From Eledone cirrhosa (Eukaryota): 64,000 nt of DNA. Numbering within the stretch: position 1 is the stretch's first letter; each line of letters opens with the position of its first letter. A model generated the notes under the pieces. That model saw only the letters and a program-made list of their open reading frames with translations, searched no databases and was not told the origin of the DNA. Of this stretch, positions 36,101 through 50,400 are shown piece after piece. The stretch covers positions 87,606,001-87,670,000 of the forward strand of contig OZ024745.1 in NCBI GenBank assembly GCA_964016885.1, in the 5' to 3' direction. Position numbers and translations under genes: made by a program.

Positions 36101-39100
36101 TAGGTAAATATTGCTGATGAGTTGTAACAACAACGAAACTAGTTCAATATTCCTTGTCTGGCTTTCTGGAGAATAGAGGAAAGGTGTTTCCTCGAAAACC
36201 AGTATGACTCTAAAAACCGGTTTGTCTGTGTGTTTACATACAGAATAGCTGGGTTACTCACAGTAAAGTAATCAGTGAAAGACTTGTTACATCTACATAT
36301 GTATACGTGTGTGTATTCATATGCATACTAGTATTTTAGTATGCATATGTAGATGTACATTTTTAACTTAATTGTTTAAGCGTCAGTCATACAAAAGTGA
36401 GTTACAAACGAAACGAAATTTAATTTCGTTTCGTTATTTGTTTTTATCGTCTCCGCTGAACCGGTGCGTACTCACACTCTATGCAAATTAGTCTGCCCAC
36501 TACTAATTTTCATAGAAAAAGCATATAACGATATGTGCTTTTACGATTCTCCAGAAAGGCCGGTAGATAGGTAAATATTGCTGATGAGTTGTAACAACAA
36601 CGAAACTAGTTCAATATTCCTTGTCTGGCTTTCTGTAGAATAGAGGAAAGGTGTTTCCTCGAAAACCAGTATGACTCTAAAAACCGGTTTGTCTGTGTGT
36701 TTACATACAGAATAGCTGGGTTACTCACAGTAAAGTAATCAGTGAAAGACTTGTTACATCTACATATGTATACGTGTGTGTATTCATATGCATACTAGTA
36801 TTTCAGTATGCATATGTAGATGTACATTTTTAACTTAATTGTTTAAGCGTCAGTCATACAAAAGTGAGTTACAAACGAAACGAAATTTAATTTCGTTTCG
36901 TTATTTGTTTTTATCGTCTCCGCTGAACCGGTGCGTACTCACACTCTATGCAAATTAGTCTGCCCACTACTAATTTTCATAGAAAAAGCATATAACGATA
37001 TGTGCTTTTACGATTCTCCAGAAAGGCCTGTAGATAGGTAAATATTGCTGATGAGTTGTAACAACAACGAAACTAGTTCAATATTCCTTGTCTGGCTTTC
37101 TGGAGAATAGAGGAAAGGTGTTTCCTCGAAAACCAGTATGACTCTAAAAACCGGTTTGTCTGTGTGTTTACATACAGAATAGCTGGGTTACTCACAGTAA
37201 AGTAACCAGTGAAAGACTTGTTACATCTACATATGTATACGTGTGTGTATTCATATGCATACTAGTATTTCAGTCTGCATATGTAGATGTACATTTTTAA
37301 CTTAATTGTTTAAGCGTCAGTCATACAAAAGTGAGTTACAAACGAAACGAAATTTAATTTCGTTTCGTTATTTGTTTTTATCGTCTCCGCTGAACCGGTG
37401 CGTACTCACACTCTATGCAAATTAGTCTGCCCACTACTAATTTTCATAGAAAAAGCATATAACGATATGTGCTTTTACGATTCTCCAGAAAGGCCGGTAG
37501 ATAGGTAAATATTGCTGATGAGTTGTAACAACAACGAAACTAGTTCAATATTCCTTGTCTGGCTTTCTGGAGAATAGAGGAAAGGTGTTTCCTCGAAAAC
37601 CAGTATGACTCTAAAAACCGGTTTGTCTGTGTGTTTACATACAGAATAGCTGGGTTACTCACAGTAAAGTAATCAGTGAAAGACTTGTTACATCTACATA
37701 TGTATACGTGTGTGTATTCATATGCATACTAGTATTTCAGTATGCATATGTAGATGTACATTTTTAACTTAATTGTTTAAGCGTCAGTCATACAAAAGTG
37801 AGTTACAAACGAAACGAAATTTAATTTCGTTTCGTTATTTGTTTTAATCGTCTCCGCTGAACCGGTGCGTACTCACACTCTATGCAAATTAGTCTGCCCA
37901 CTACTAATTTTCATAGAAAAAGCATATAACGATATGTGCTTTTACGATTCTCCAGAAAGGCCGGTAGATAGGTAAATATTGCTGATGAGTTGTAACAACA
38001 ACGAAACTAGTTCAATATTCCTTGTCTGGCTTTCTGGAGAATAGAGGAAAGGTGTTTCCTCGAAAACCAGTATGACTCTAAAAACCGGTTTGTCTGTGTG
38101 TTTACATACAGAATAGCTGGGTTACTCACAGTAAAGTAACCAGTGAAAGACTTGTTACATCTACATATGTATACGTGTGTGTATTCATATGCATACTAGT
38201 ATTTCAGTATGCATATGTAGATGTACATTTTTAACTTAATTGTTTAAGCGTCAGTCATACAAAAGTGAGTTACAAACGAAACGAAATTTAATTTCGTTTC
38301 GTTATTTGTTTTTATCGTCTCCGCTGAACCGGTGCGTACTCACACTCTATGCAAATTAGTCTGCCCACTACTAATTTTCATAGAAAAAGCATATAACGAT
38401 ATGTGCTTTTACGATTCTCCAGAAAGGCCTGTAGATAGGTAAATATTGCTGATGAGTTGTAACAACAACGAAACTAGTTCAATATTCCTTGTCTGGCTTT
38501 CTGGAGAATAGAGGAAAGGTGTTTCCTCGAAAACCAGTATGACTCTAAAAACCGGTTTCTCTGTGTGTTTACATACAGAATAGCTGGGTTACTCACAGTA
38601 AAGTAATCAGTGAAAGACTTGTTACATCTACATATGTATACGTGTGTGTATTCATATGCATACTAGTATTTCAGTATGCATATGTAGATGTACATTTTTA
38701 ACTTAATTGTTTAAGCGTCAGTCATACAAAAGTGAGTTACAAACGAAACGAAATTTAATTTCGTTTCGTTATTTGTTTTTATCGTCTCCGCTGAACCGGT
38801 GCGTACTCACACTCTATGCAAATTAGTCTGCCCACTACTAATTTTCATAGAAAAAGCATATAACGATATGTGCTTTTACGATTCTCCAGAAAGGCCGGTA
38901 GATAGGTAAATATTGCTGATGAGTTGTAACAACAACGAAACTAGTTCAATATTCCTTGTCTGGCTTTCTGGAGAATAGAGGAAAGGTGTTTCCTCGAAAA
39001 CCAGTATGACTCTAAAAACCGGTTTGTCTGTGTGTTTACATACAGAATAGCTGGGTTACTCACAGTAAAGTAACCAGTGAAAGACTTGTTACATCTACAT

Positions 39101-42100
39101 ATGTATACGTGTGTGTATTCATATGCATACTGGTATTTCAGTATGCATATGTAGATATACATTTTTAACTTAATTGTTTAAGCGTCAGTCATACAAAAGT
39201 GAGTTACAAACAAAACGAAATTTAATTTCGTTTCGTTATTTGTTTTTATCGTCTCCGCTGAACCGGTGCGTACTCACACTCTATGCAAATTAGTCTGCCC
39301 ACTACTAATTTTCATAGAAAAAGCATATAACGATATGTGCTTTTACGATTCTCCAGAAAGGCCGGTAGATAGGTAAATATTGCTGATGAGTTGTAACAAC
39401 AACGAAACTAGTTCAATATTCCTTGTCTGGCTTTCTGGAGAATAGAGGAAAGGTGTTTCCTCGAAAACCAGTATGACTCTAAAAACCGGTGTGTCTGTGT
39501 GTTTACATACAGAATAGCTGGGTTACTCACAGTAAAGTAATCAGTGAAAGACTTGTTACATTTACATATGTATACGTGTGTGTATTCATATGCATACTAG
39601 TATTTCAGTATGCATATGTAGATGTACATTTTTAACTTAATTGTTTAAGCGTCAGTCATACAAAAGTGAGTTACAAACGAAACGAAATTTAATTTCGTTT
39701 CGTTATTTGTTTTTATCGTCTCCGCTGAACCGGTGCGTACTCACACTCTATGCAAATTAGTCTGCCCACTACTAATTTTCATAGAAAAAGCATATAACGA
39801 TATGTGCTTTTACGATTCTCCAGAAAGGCCGGTAGATAGGTAAATATTGCTGATGAGTTGTAACAACAACGAAACTAGTTCAATATTCCTTGTCTGGCTT
39901 TCTGGAGAATAGAGGAAAGGTGTTTCCTCGAAAACCAGTATGACTCTAAAAACCGGTTTCTCTGTGTGTTTACATACAGAATAGCTGGGTTACTCACAGT
40001 AAAGTAATCAGTGAAAGACTTGTTACATCTACATATGTATACGTGTGTGTATTCATATGCATACTAGTATTTCAGTATGCATATGTAGATGTACATTTTT
40101 AACTTAATTGTTTAAGCGTCAGTCATACAAAAGTGAGTTACAAACGAAACGAAATTTAATTTCGTTTCGTTATTTGTTTTTATCGTCTCCGCTGAACCGG
40201 TGCGTACTCACACTCTATGCAAATTAGTCTGCCCACTACTAATTTTCATAGAAAAAGCATATAACGATATGTGCTTTTACGATTCTCCAGAAAGGCCGGT
40301 AGATAGGTAAATATTGCTGATGAGTTGTAACAACAACGAAACTAGTTCAATATTCCTTGTCTGGCTTTCTGGAGAATAGAGGAAAGGTGTTTCCTCGAAA
40401 ACCAGTATGACTCTAAAAACCGGTTTGTCTGTGTGTTTACATACAGAATAGCTGGGTTACTCACAGTAAAGTAACCAGTGAAAGACTTGTTACATCTACA
40501 TATGTATACGTGTGTGTATTCATATGCATACTGGTATTTCAGTATGCATATGTAGATGTACATTTTTAACTTAATTGTTTAAGCGTCAGTCATACAAAAG
40601 TGAGTTACAAACAAAACGAAATTTAATTTCGTTTCGTTATTTGTTTTTATCGTCTCCGCTGAACCGGTGCGTACTCACACTCTATGCAAATTAGTCTGCC
40701 CACTACTAATTTTCATAGAAAAAGCATATAACGATATGTGCTTTTACGATTCTCCAGAAAGGCCGGTAGATAGGTAAATATTGCTGATGAGTTGTAACAA
40801 CAACGAAACTAGTTCAATATTCCTTGTCTGGCTTTCTGGGGAATAGAGGAAAGGTGTTTCCTCGAAAAACAGTATGACTCTAAAAACCGGTTTGTCTGTG
40901 TGTTTACATACAGAATAGCTGGGTTACTCACAGTAAAGTAACCAGTGAAAGACTTGTTACATCTACATATGTATACCTGTGTGTATTCATATGCATACTA
41001 GTATTTCAGTATGCATATGTAGATGTACATTTTTAACTTAATTGTTTAAGCGTCAGTCATACAAAAGTGAGTTACAAACGAAACGAAATTTAATTTCGTT
41101 TCGTTATTTGTTTTTATCGTCTCCGCTGAACCGGTGCGTACTCACACTCTATGCAAATTAGTCTGCCCAATACTAATTTTCATAGAAAAAGCATATAACG
41201 ATATGTGCTTTTACGATTCTCCAGAAAGGCCGGTAGATAGGTAAATATTGCTGATGAGTTGTAACAACAACGAAACTAGTTCAATATTCCTTGTCTGGCT
41301 TTCTGGAGAATAGAGGAAAGGTGTTTCCTCGAAAACCAGTATGACTCTAAAAACCGGTGTGTCTGTGTGTTTACATACAGAATAGCTGGGTTACTCACAG
41401 TAAAGTAATCAGTGAAAGACTTGTTACATTTACATATGTATACGTGTGTGTATTCATATGCATACTAGTATTTCAGTATGCATATGTAGATGTACATTTT
41501 TAACTTAATTGTTTAAGCGTCAGTCATACAAAAGTGAGTTACAAACGAAACGAAATTTAATTTCGTTTCGTTATTTGTTTTTATCGTCTCCGCTGAACCG
41601 GTGCGTACTCACACTCTATGCAAATTAGTCTGCCCACTACTAATTTTCATAGAAAAGGCATATAACGATATGTGCTTTTACGATTCTCCAGAAAGGCCGG
41701 TAGATAGGTAAATATTGCTGATGAGTTGTAACAACAACGAAACTAGTTCAATATTCCTTGTCTGGCTTTCTGGAGAATAGAGGAAAGGTGTTTCCTCGAA
41801 AACCAGTATGACTCTAAAAACCGGTTTGTCTGTGTGTTTACATACAGAATAGCTGGGTTACTCACAGTAAAGTAATCAGTGAAAGACTTGTTACATCTAC
41901 ATATGTATATGTGTGTGTATTCATATGCATACTAGTATTTCAGTATGCATATGTAGATGTACATTTTTAACTTAATTGCTTAAGCGTCAGTCATACAAAA
42001 GTGAGTTACAAACGAAACGAAATTTAATTTCGTTTCGTTATTTGTTTTTATCGTCTCCGCTGAACCGGTGCGTACTCACACTCTATGCAAATTAGTCTGC

Positions 42101-45100
42101 CCACTACTAATTTTCATAGAAAAAGCATATAACGATATGTGCTTTTACGATTCTCCAGAAAGGCCGGTAGATAGGTAAATATTGCTGATGAGTTGTAACA
42201 ACAACGAAACTAGTTCAATATTCCTTGTCTGGCTTTCTGGAGAATAGAGGAAAGGTGTTTCCTCGAAAACCAGTATGACTCTAAAAACCGGTTTGTCTGT
42301 GTGTTTACATACAGAATAGCTGGGTTACTCACAGTAAAGTAACCAGTGAAAGACTTGTTACATCTACATATGTATAAGTGTGTGTATTCATATGCATACT
42401 AGTATTTCAGTATGCATATGTAGATGTACATTTTTAACTTAATTGTTTAAGCGTCAGTCATACAAAAGTGAGTTACAAACGAAACGAAATTTAATTTCGT
42501 TTCGTTATTTGTTTTTATCGTCTCCGCTGAACCGGTGCGTACTCACACTCTATGCAAATTAGTCTGCCCAATACTAATTTTCATAGAAAAAGCATATAAC
42601 GATATGTGCTTTTACGATTCTCCAGAAAGGCCGGTAGATAGGTAAATATTGCTGATGAGTTGTAACAACAACGAAACTAGTTCAATATTCCTTGTCTGGC
42701 TTTCTGGAGAATAGAGGAAAGGTGTTTCCTCGAAAACCAGTATGACTCTAAAAACCGGTTTGTCTGTGTGTTTACATACAGAATAGCTGGGTTACTCACA
42801 GTAAAGTAATCAGTGAAAGACTTGTTACATCTACATATGTATACGTGTGTGTATTCATATGCATACTAGTATTTCAGTATGCATATGTAGATGTACATTT
42901 TTAACTTAATTGTTTAAGCGTCAGTCATACAAAAGTGAGTTACAAACGAAACGAAATTTAATTTCGTTTCGTTATTTGTTTTTATCGTCTCCGCTGAACC
43001 GGTGCGTACTCACACTCTATGCAAATTAGTCTGCCCACTACTAATTTTCATAGAAAAAGCATATAACGATATGTGCTTTTATGATTCTCCAGAAAGGCCG
43101 GTAGATAGGTAAATATTGCTGATGAGTTGTAACAACAAGGAAACTAGTTCAATATTCCTTGTCTGGCTTTCTGGTGAATAGAGGAAAGGTGTTTCCTCGA
43201 AAACCAGTATGACTCTAAAAACCGGTTTGTCTGTGTGTTTACATACAGAATAGCTGGGTTACTCACAGTAAAGTAATCAGTGAAAGACTTGTTACATCTA
43301 CATATGTATACGTGTGTGTATTCATATGCATACTAGTATTTCAGTATGCATATGTAGATGTACATTTTTAACTTAATTGTTTTCAGTCATACAAAAGTGA
43401 GTTACAAACGAAACGAAATTTAATTTCGTTTCGTTATTTGTTTTTATCTATCGTCTCCGCTGAACCGGTGCGTACTCACACTCTATGCAAATTAGTCTGC
43501 CCACTACTAATTTTCATAGAAAAAGCATATAACGATATGTGCTTTTACGATTCTCCAGAAAGGCCGGTAGATAGGTAAATATTGCTGATGAGTTGTAACA
43601 ACAACGAAACTAGTTCAATATTCCTTGTCTGGCTTTCTGGAGAATAGAGGAAAGGTGTTTCCTCGAAAACCAGTATGACTCTAAAAACCGGTTTGTCTGT
43701 GTGTTTACATACAGAATAGCTGGGTTACTCACAGTAAAGTAACCAGTGAAAGACTTGTTACATCTACATATGTATACGTGTGTGTATTCATATGCATACT
43801 AGTATTTCAGTATGCATATGTAGATGTAAATTTTTAACTTAATTTTTTAAGCGTCAGTCATACAAAAGTGAGTTACAAACGAAACGAAATTTAATTTCGT
43901 TTCGTTATTTGTTTTTATCGTCTCCGCTGAACCGGTGCGTACTCACACTCTATGCAAATTAGTCTGCCCACTACTAATTTTCATAGAAAAAGCATATAAC
44001 GATATGTGCTTTTACGATTCTCCAGAAAGGCCTGTAGATAGGTAAATATTGCTGATGAGTTGTAACAACAACGAAACTAGTTCAATATTCCTTGTCTGGC
44101 TTTCTGGAGAATAGAGGAAAGGTGTTTCCTCGAAAACCAGTATGACTCTAAAAACCGGTTTCTCTGTGTGTTTACATACAGAATAGCTGGGTTACTCACA
44201 GTAAAGTAATCAGTGAAAGACTTGTTACATCTACATATGTATACGTGTGTGTATTCATATGCATACTAGTATTTCAGTATGCATATGTAGATGTACATTT
44301 TTAACTTAATTGTTTAAGCGTCAGTCATACAAAAGTGAGTTACAAACGAAACGAAATTTAATTTCGTTTCGTTATTTGTTTTTATCGTCTCCGCTGAACC
44401 GGTGCGTACTCACACTCTATGCAAATTAGTCTGCCCACTACTAATTTTCATAGAAAAAGCATATAACGATATGTGCTTTTATGATTCTCCAGAAAGGCAG
44501 GTAGATAGGTAAATATTGCTGATGAGTTGTAACAACAACGAAACTAGTTCAATATTCCTTGTCTGGCTTTCTGGAGAATAGAGGAAAGGTGTTTCCTCGA
44601 AAACCAGTATGACTCTAAAAACCGGTTTGTCTGTGTGTTTACATACAGAATAGCTGGGTTACTCACAGTAAAGTAATCAGTGAAAGACTTGTTACATCTA
44701 CATATGTATACGTGTGTGTATTCATATGCATACTAGTATTTCAGTATGCATACGTAGATGTACATTTTTAACTTAATTGTTTAAGCGTCAGTCATACAAA
44801 AGTGAGTTACAAACGAAACGAAATTTAATTTCGTTTCGTTATTTGTTTTTATCTATCGTCTCCGCTGAACCGGTGCGTACTCACACTCTATGCAAATTAG
44901 TCTGCCCACTACAAATTTTCATAGAAAAAGCATATAACGATATGTGCTTTTACGATTCTCCAGAAAGGCCGGTAGATAGGTAAATATTGCTGATGAGTTG
45001 TAACAACAACGAAACTAGTTCAATATTCCTTGTCTGGCTTTCTGGAGAATAGAGGAAATGTGTTTCCTCGAAAACCAGTATGACTCTAAAAACCGGTTTC

Positions 45101-47490
45101 TCTGTGTGTTTACATACAGAATAGCTGGGTTACTCACAGTAAAGTAATCAGTGAAAGACTTGTTACATCTACATATGTATACGTGTGTGTATTCATATGC
45201 ATACTAGTATTTCAGTATGCATATGTAGATGTACATTTTTAACTTAATTGCTTAAGCGTCAGTCATACAAAAGTGAGTTACAAACAAAACGAAATTTAAT
45301 TTCGTTTCGTTATTTGTTTTTATCGTCTCCGCTGAACCGGTGCGTACTCACACTCTATGCAAATTAGTCTGCCCACTAAAAATTTTCATAGAAAAAGCAT
45401 ATAACGATATGTGCTTTTACGATTCTCCAGAAAGGCCGGTAGATAGGTAAATATTGCTGATGAGTTGTAACAACAACGAAACTAGTTCAATATTCCTTGT
45501 CTGGCTTTCTGGGGAATAGAGGAAAGGTGTTTCCTCGAAAACCAGTATGACTCTAAAAACCGGTTTGTCTGTGTGTTTACATACAGAATAGCTGGGTTAC
45601 TCACAGTAAAGTAACCAGTGAAAGACTTGTTACATCTACATATGTATACGTGTGTGTATTCATATGCATACTAGTATTTCAGTATGCATATGTAGATGTA
45701 CATTTTTAACTTAATTGTTTAAGCGTCAGTCATACAAAAGTGAGTTACAAACGAAACGAAATTTAATTTCGTTTCGTTATTTGTTTTTATCGTCTCCGCT
45801 GAACCGGTGCGTACTCACTCTCTATGCAAATTAGTCTGCCCAATACTAATTTTCATAGAAAAAGCATATAACGATATGTGCTTTTACGATTCTCCAGAAA
45901 GGCCGGTAGATAGGTAAATATTGCTGATGAGTTGTAACAACAACGAAACTAGTTCAATATTCCTTGTCTGGCTTTCTGGAGAATAGAGGAAAGGTGTTTC
46001 CTCGAAAACCAGTATGACTCTAAAAACCGGTTTGTCTGTGTGTTTACATACAGAATAGCTGGGTTACTCACAGTAAAGTAATCAGTGAAAGACTTGTTAC
46101 ATCTACATATGTATACGTGTGTGTATTCATATGCATACTAGTATTTCAGTATGCATATGTAGATGTACATTTTTAACTTAATTGCTTAAGCGTCAGTCAT
46201 ACAAAAGTGAGTTACAAACGAAACGAAATTTAATTTCGTTTCGTTATTTGTTTTTATCGTCTCCGCTGAACCGGTGCGTACTCACACTCTATGCAAATTA
46301 GTCTGCCCACTACTAATTTTCATAGAAAAAGCATATAACGATATGTGCTTTTACGATTCTCCAGAAAGGCCGGTAGATAGGTAAATATTGCTGATGAGTT
46401 GTAACAACAACGAAACTAGTTCAATATTCCTTGTCTGGCTTTCTGGAGAATAGAGGAAAGGTGTTTCCTCGAAAACCAGTATGACTCTAAAAACCGGTTT
46501 GTCTGTGTGTTTACATACAGAATAGCTGGGTTACTCACAGTAAAGTAACCAGTGAAAGACTTGTTACATCTACATATGTATAAGTGTGTGTATTCATATG
46601 CATACTAGTATTTCAGTATGCATATGTAGATGTACATTTTTAACTTAATTGTTTAAGCGTCAGTCATACAAAAGTGAGTTACAAACGAAACGAAATTTAA
46701 TTTCGTTTCGTTATTTGTTTTTATCGTCTCCGCTGAACCGGTGCGTACTCACACTCTATGCAAATTAGTCTGCCCAATACTAATTTTCATAGAAAAAGCA
46801 TATAACGATATGTGCTTTTACGATTCTCCAGAAAGGCCGGTAGATAGGTAAATATTGCTGATGAGTTGTAACAACAACGAAACTAGTTCAATATTCCTTG
46901 TCTGGCTTTCTGGAGAATAGAGGAAAGGTGTTTCCTCGAAAACCAGTATGACTCTAAAAACCGGTTTGTCTGTGTGTTTACATACAGAATAGCTGGGTTA
47001 CTCACAGTAAAGTAATCAGTGAAAGACTTGTTACATCTACATATGTATACGTGTGTGTATTCATATGCATACTAGTATTTCAGTATGCATATGTAGATGT
47101 ACATTTTTAACTTAATTGTTTAAGCGTCAGTCATACAAAAGTGAGTTACAAACGAAACGAAATTTAATTTCGTTTCGTTATTTGTTTTTATCGTCTCCGC
47201 TGAACCGGTGCGTACTCACACTCTATGCAAATTAGTCTGCCCACTACTAATTTTCATAGAAAAAGCATATAACGATATGTGCTTTTATGATTCTCCAGAA
47301 AGGCCGGTAGATAGGTAAATATTGCTGATGAGTTGTAACAACAACGAAACTAGTTCAATATTCCTTGTCTGGCTTTCTGGTGAATAGAGGAAAGGTGTTT
47401 CCTCGAAAACCAGTATGACTCTAAAAACCGGTTTGTCTGTGTGTTTACATACAGAATAGCTGGGTTACTCACAGTAAAGTAATCAGTGAA
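24130..47490 (+). repeat. Higher-order repeat: two tandem copies of a 25-monomer block (11,678 bp)
   Basis: Diagnostic variants recur at offset 11,678: 24133/35811, 31461/43139, 35703/47381; ORF-track pairs 27263/38941, 28664/40342, 33099/44777. 11,678 = 25x467+3. Boundaries approximate. Confidence 0.9.
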
Positions 47491-50400
47491 AGACTTGTTA
47501 CATCTACATATGTATACGTGTGTGTATTCATATGCATACTAGTATTTCAGTATGCATATGTAGATGTACATTTTTAACTTAATTGTTTTCAGTCATACAA
47601 AAGTGAGTTACAAACGAAACGAAATTTAATTTCGTTTCGTTATTTGTTTTTATCTATCGTCTCCGCTGAACCGGTGCGTACTCACACTCTATGCAAATTA
47701 GTCTGCCCACTACTAATTTTCATAGAAAAAGCATATAACGATATGTGCTTTTACGATTCTCCAGAAAGGCCGGTAGATAGGTAAATATTGCTGATGAGTT
47801 GTAACAACAACGAAACTAGTTCAATATTCCTTGTCTGGCTTTCTGGAGAATAGAGGAAAGGTGTTTCCTCGAAAACCAGTATGACTCTAAAAACCGGTTT
47901 GTCTGTGTGTTTACATACAGAATAGCTGGGTTACTCACAGTAAAGTAACCAGTGAAAGACTTGTTACATCTACATATGTATACGTGTGTGTATTCATATG
48001 CATACTAGTATTTCAGTATGCATATGTAGATGTAAATTTTTAACTTAATTTTTTAAGCGTCAGTCATACAAAAGTGAGTTACAAACGAAACGAAATTTAA
48101 TTTCGTTTCGTTATTTGTTTTTATCGTCTCCGCTGAACCGGTGCGTACTCACACTCTATGCAAATTAGTCTGCCCACTACTAATTTTCATAGAAAAAGCA
48201 TATAACGATATGTGCTTTTACGATTCTCCAGAAAGGCCTGTAGATAGGTAAATATTGCTGATGAGTTGTAACAACAACGAAACTAGTTCAATATTCCTTG
48301 TCTGGCTTTCTGGAGAATAGAGGAAAGGTGTTTCCTCGAAAACCAGTATGACTCTAAAAACCGGTTTCTCTGTGTGTTTACATACAGAATAGCTGGGTTA
48401 CTCACAGTAAAGTAATCAGTGAAAGACTTGTTACATCTACATATGTATACGTGTGTGTATTCATATGCATACTAGTATTTCAGTATGCATATGTAGATGT
48501 ACATTTTTAACTTAATTGTTTAAGCGTCAGTCATACAAAAGTGAGTTACAAACGAAACGAAATTTAATTTCGTTTCGTTATTTGTTTTTATCGTCTCCGC
48601 TGAACCGGTGCGTACTCACACTCTATGCAAATTAGTCTGCCCACTACTAATTTTCATAGAAAAAGCATATAACGATATGTGCTTTTATGATTCTCCAGAA
48701 AGGCCGGTAGATAGGTAAATATTGCTGATGAGTTGTAACAACAACGAAACTAGTTCAATATTCCTTGTCTGGCTTTCTGGAGAATAGAGGAAAGGTGTTT
48801 CCTCGAAAACCAGTATGACTCTAAAAACCGGTTTGTCTGTGTGTTTACATACAGAATAGCTGGGTTACTCACAGTAAAGTAATCAGTGAAAGACTTGTTA
48901 CATCTACATATGTATACGTGTGTGTATTCATATGCATACTAGTATTTCAGTATGCATACGTAGATGTACATTTTTAACTTAATTGTTTAAGCGTCAGTCA
49001 TACAAAAGTGAGTTACAAACGAAACGAAATTTAATTTCGTTTCGTTATTTGTTTTTATCTATCGTCTCCGCTGAACCGGTGCGTACTCACACTCTATGCA
49101 AATTAGTCTGCCCACTACTAATTTTCATAGAAAAAGCATATAACGATATGTGCTTTTACGATTCTCCAGAAAGGCCGGTAGATAGGTAAATATTGCTGAT
49201 GAGTTGTAACAACAACGAAACTAGTTCAATATTCCTTGTCTGGCTTTCTGGAGAATAGAGGAAATGTGTTTCCTCGAAAACCAGTATGACTCTAAAAACC
49301 GGTTTCTCTGTGTGTTTACATACAGAATAGCTGGGTTACTCACAGTAAAGTAATCAGTGAAAGACTTGTTACATCTACATATGTATACGTGTGTGTATTC
49401 ATATGCATACTAGTATTTCAGTATGCATATGTAGATGTACATTTTTAACTTAATTGCTTAAGCGTCAGTCATACAAAAGTGAGTTACAAACGAAACGAAA
49501 TTTAATTTCGTTTCGTTATTTGTTTTTATCGTCTCCGCTGAACCGGTGCGTACTCACACTCTATGCAAATTAGTCTGCCCACTACTAATTTTCATAGAAA
49601 AAGCATATAACGATATGTGCTTTTACGATTCTCCAGAAAGGCCGGTAGATAGGTAAATATTGCTGATGAGTTGTAACAACAACGAAACTAGTTCAATATT
49701 CCTTGTCTGGCTTTCTGGAGAATAGAGGAAAGGTGTTTCCTCGAAAACCAGTATGACTCTAAAAACCGGTTTGTCTGTGTGTTTACATACAGAATAGCTG
49801 GGTTACTCACAGTAAAGTAACCAGTGAAAGACTTGTTACATCTACATATGTATACGTGTGTGTATTCATATGCATACTGGTATTTCAGTATGCATATGTA
49901 GATGTACATTTTTAACTTAATTGTTTAAGCGTCAGTCATACAAAAGTTAGTTACAAACGAAACGAAATTTAATTTCGTTTCGTTATTTGTTTTTATCGTC
50001 TCCGCTGAACCGGTGCGTACTCACACTCTATGCAAATTAGTCTGCCCACTACTAATTTTCATAGAAAAAGCATATAACGATATGTGCTTTTACGATTCTC
50101 CAGAAAGGCCGGTAGATAGGTAAATATTGCTGATGAGTTGTAACAACAACGAAACTAGTTCAATATTCCTTGTCTGGCTTTCTGGAGAATAGAGGAAAGG
50201 TGTTTCCTCGAAAACCAGTATGACTCTAAAAACCGGTTTGTCTGTGTGTTTACATACAGAATAGCTGGGTTACTCACAGTAAAGTAATCAGTGAAAGACT
50301 TGTTACATCTACATATGTATACGTGTGTGTATTCATATGCATACTAGTATTTCAGTATGCATATGTAGATGTACATTTTTAACTTAATTGTTTAAGCGTC

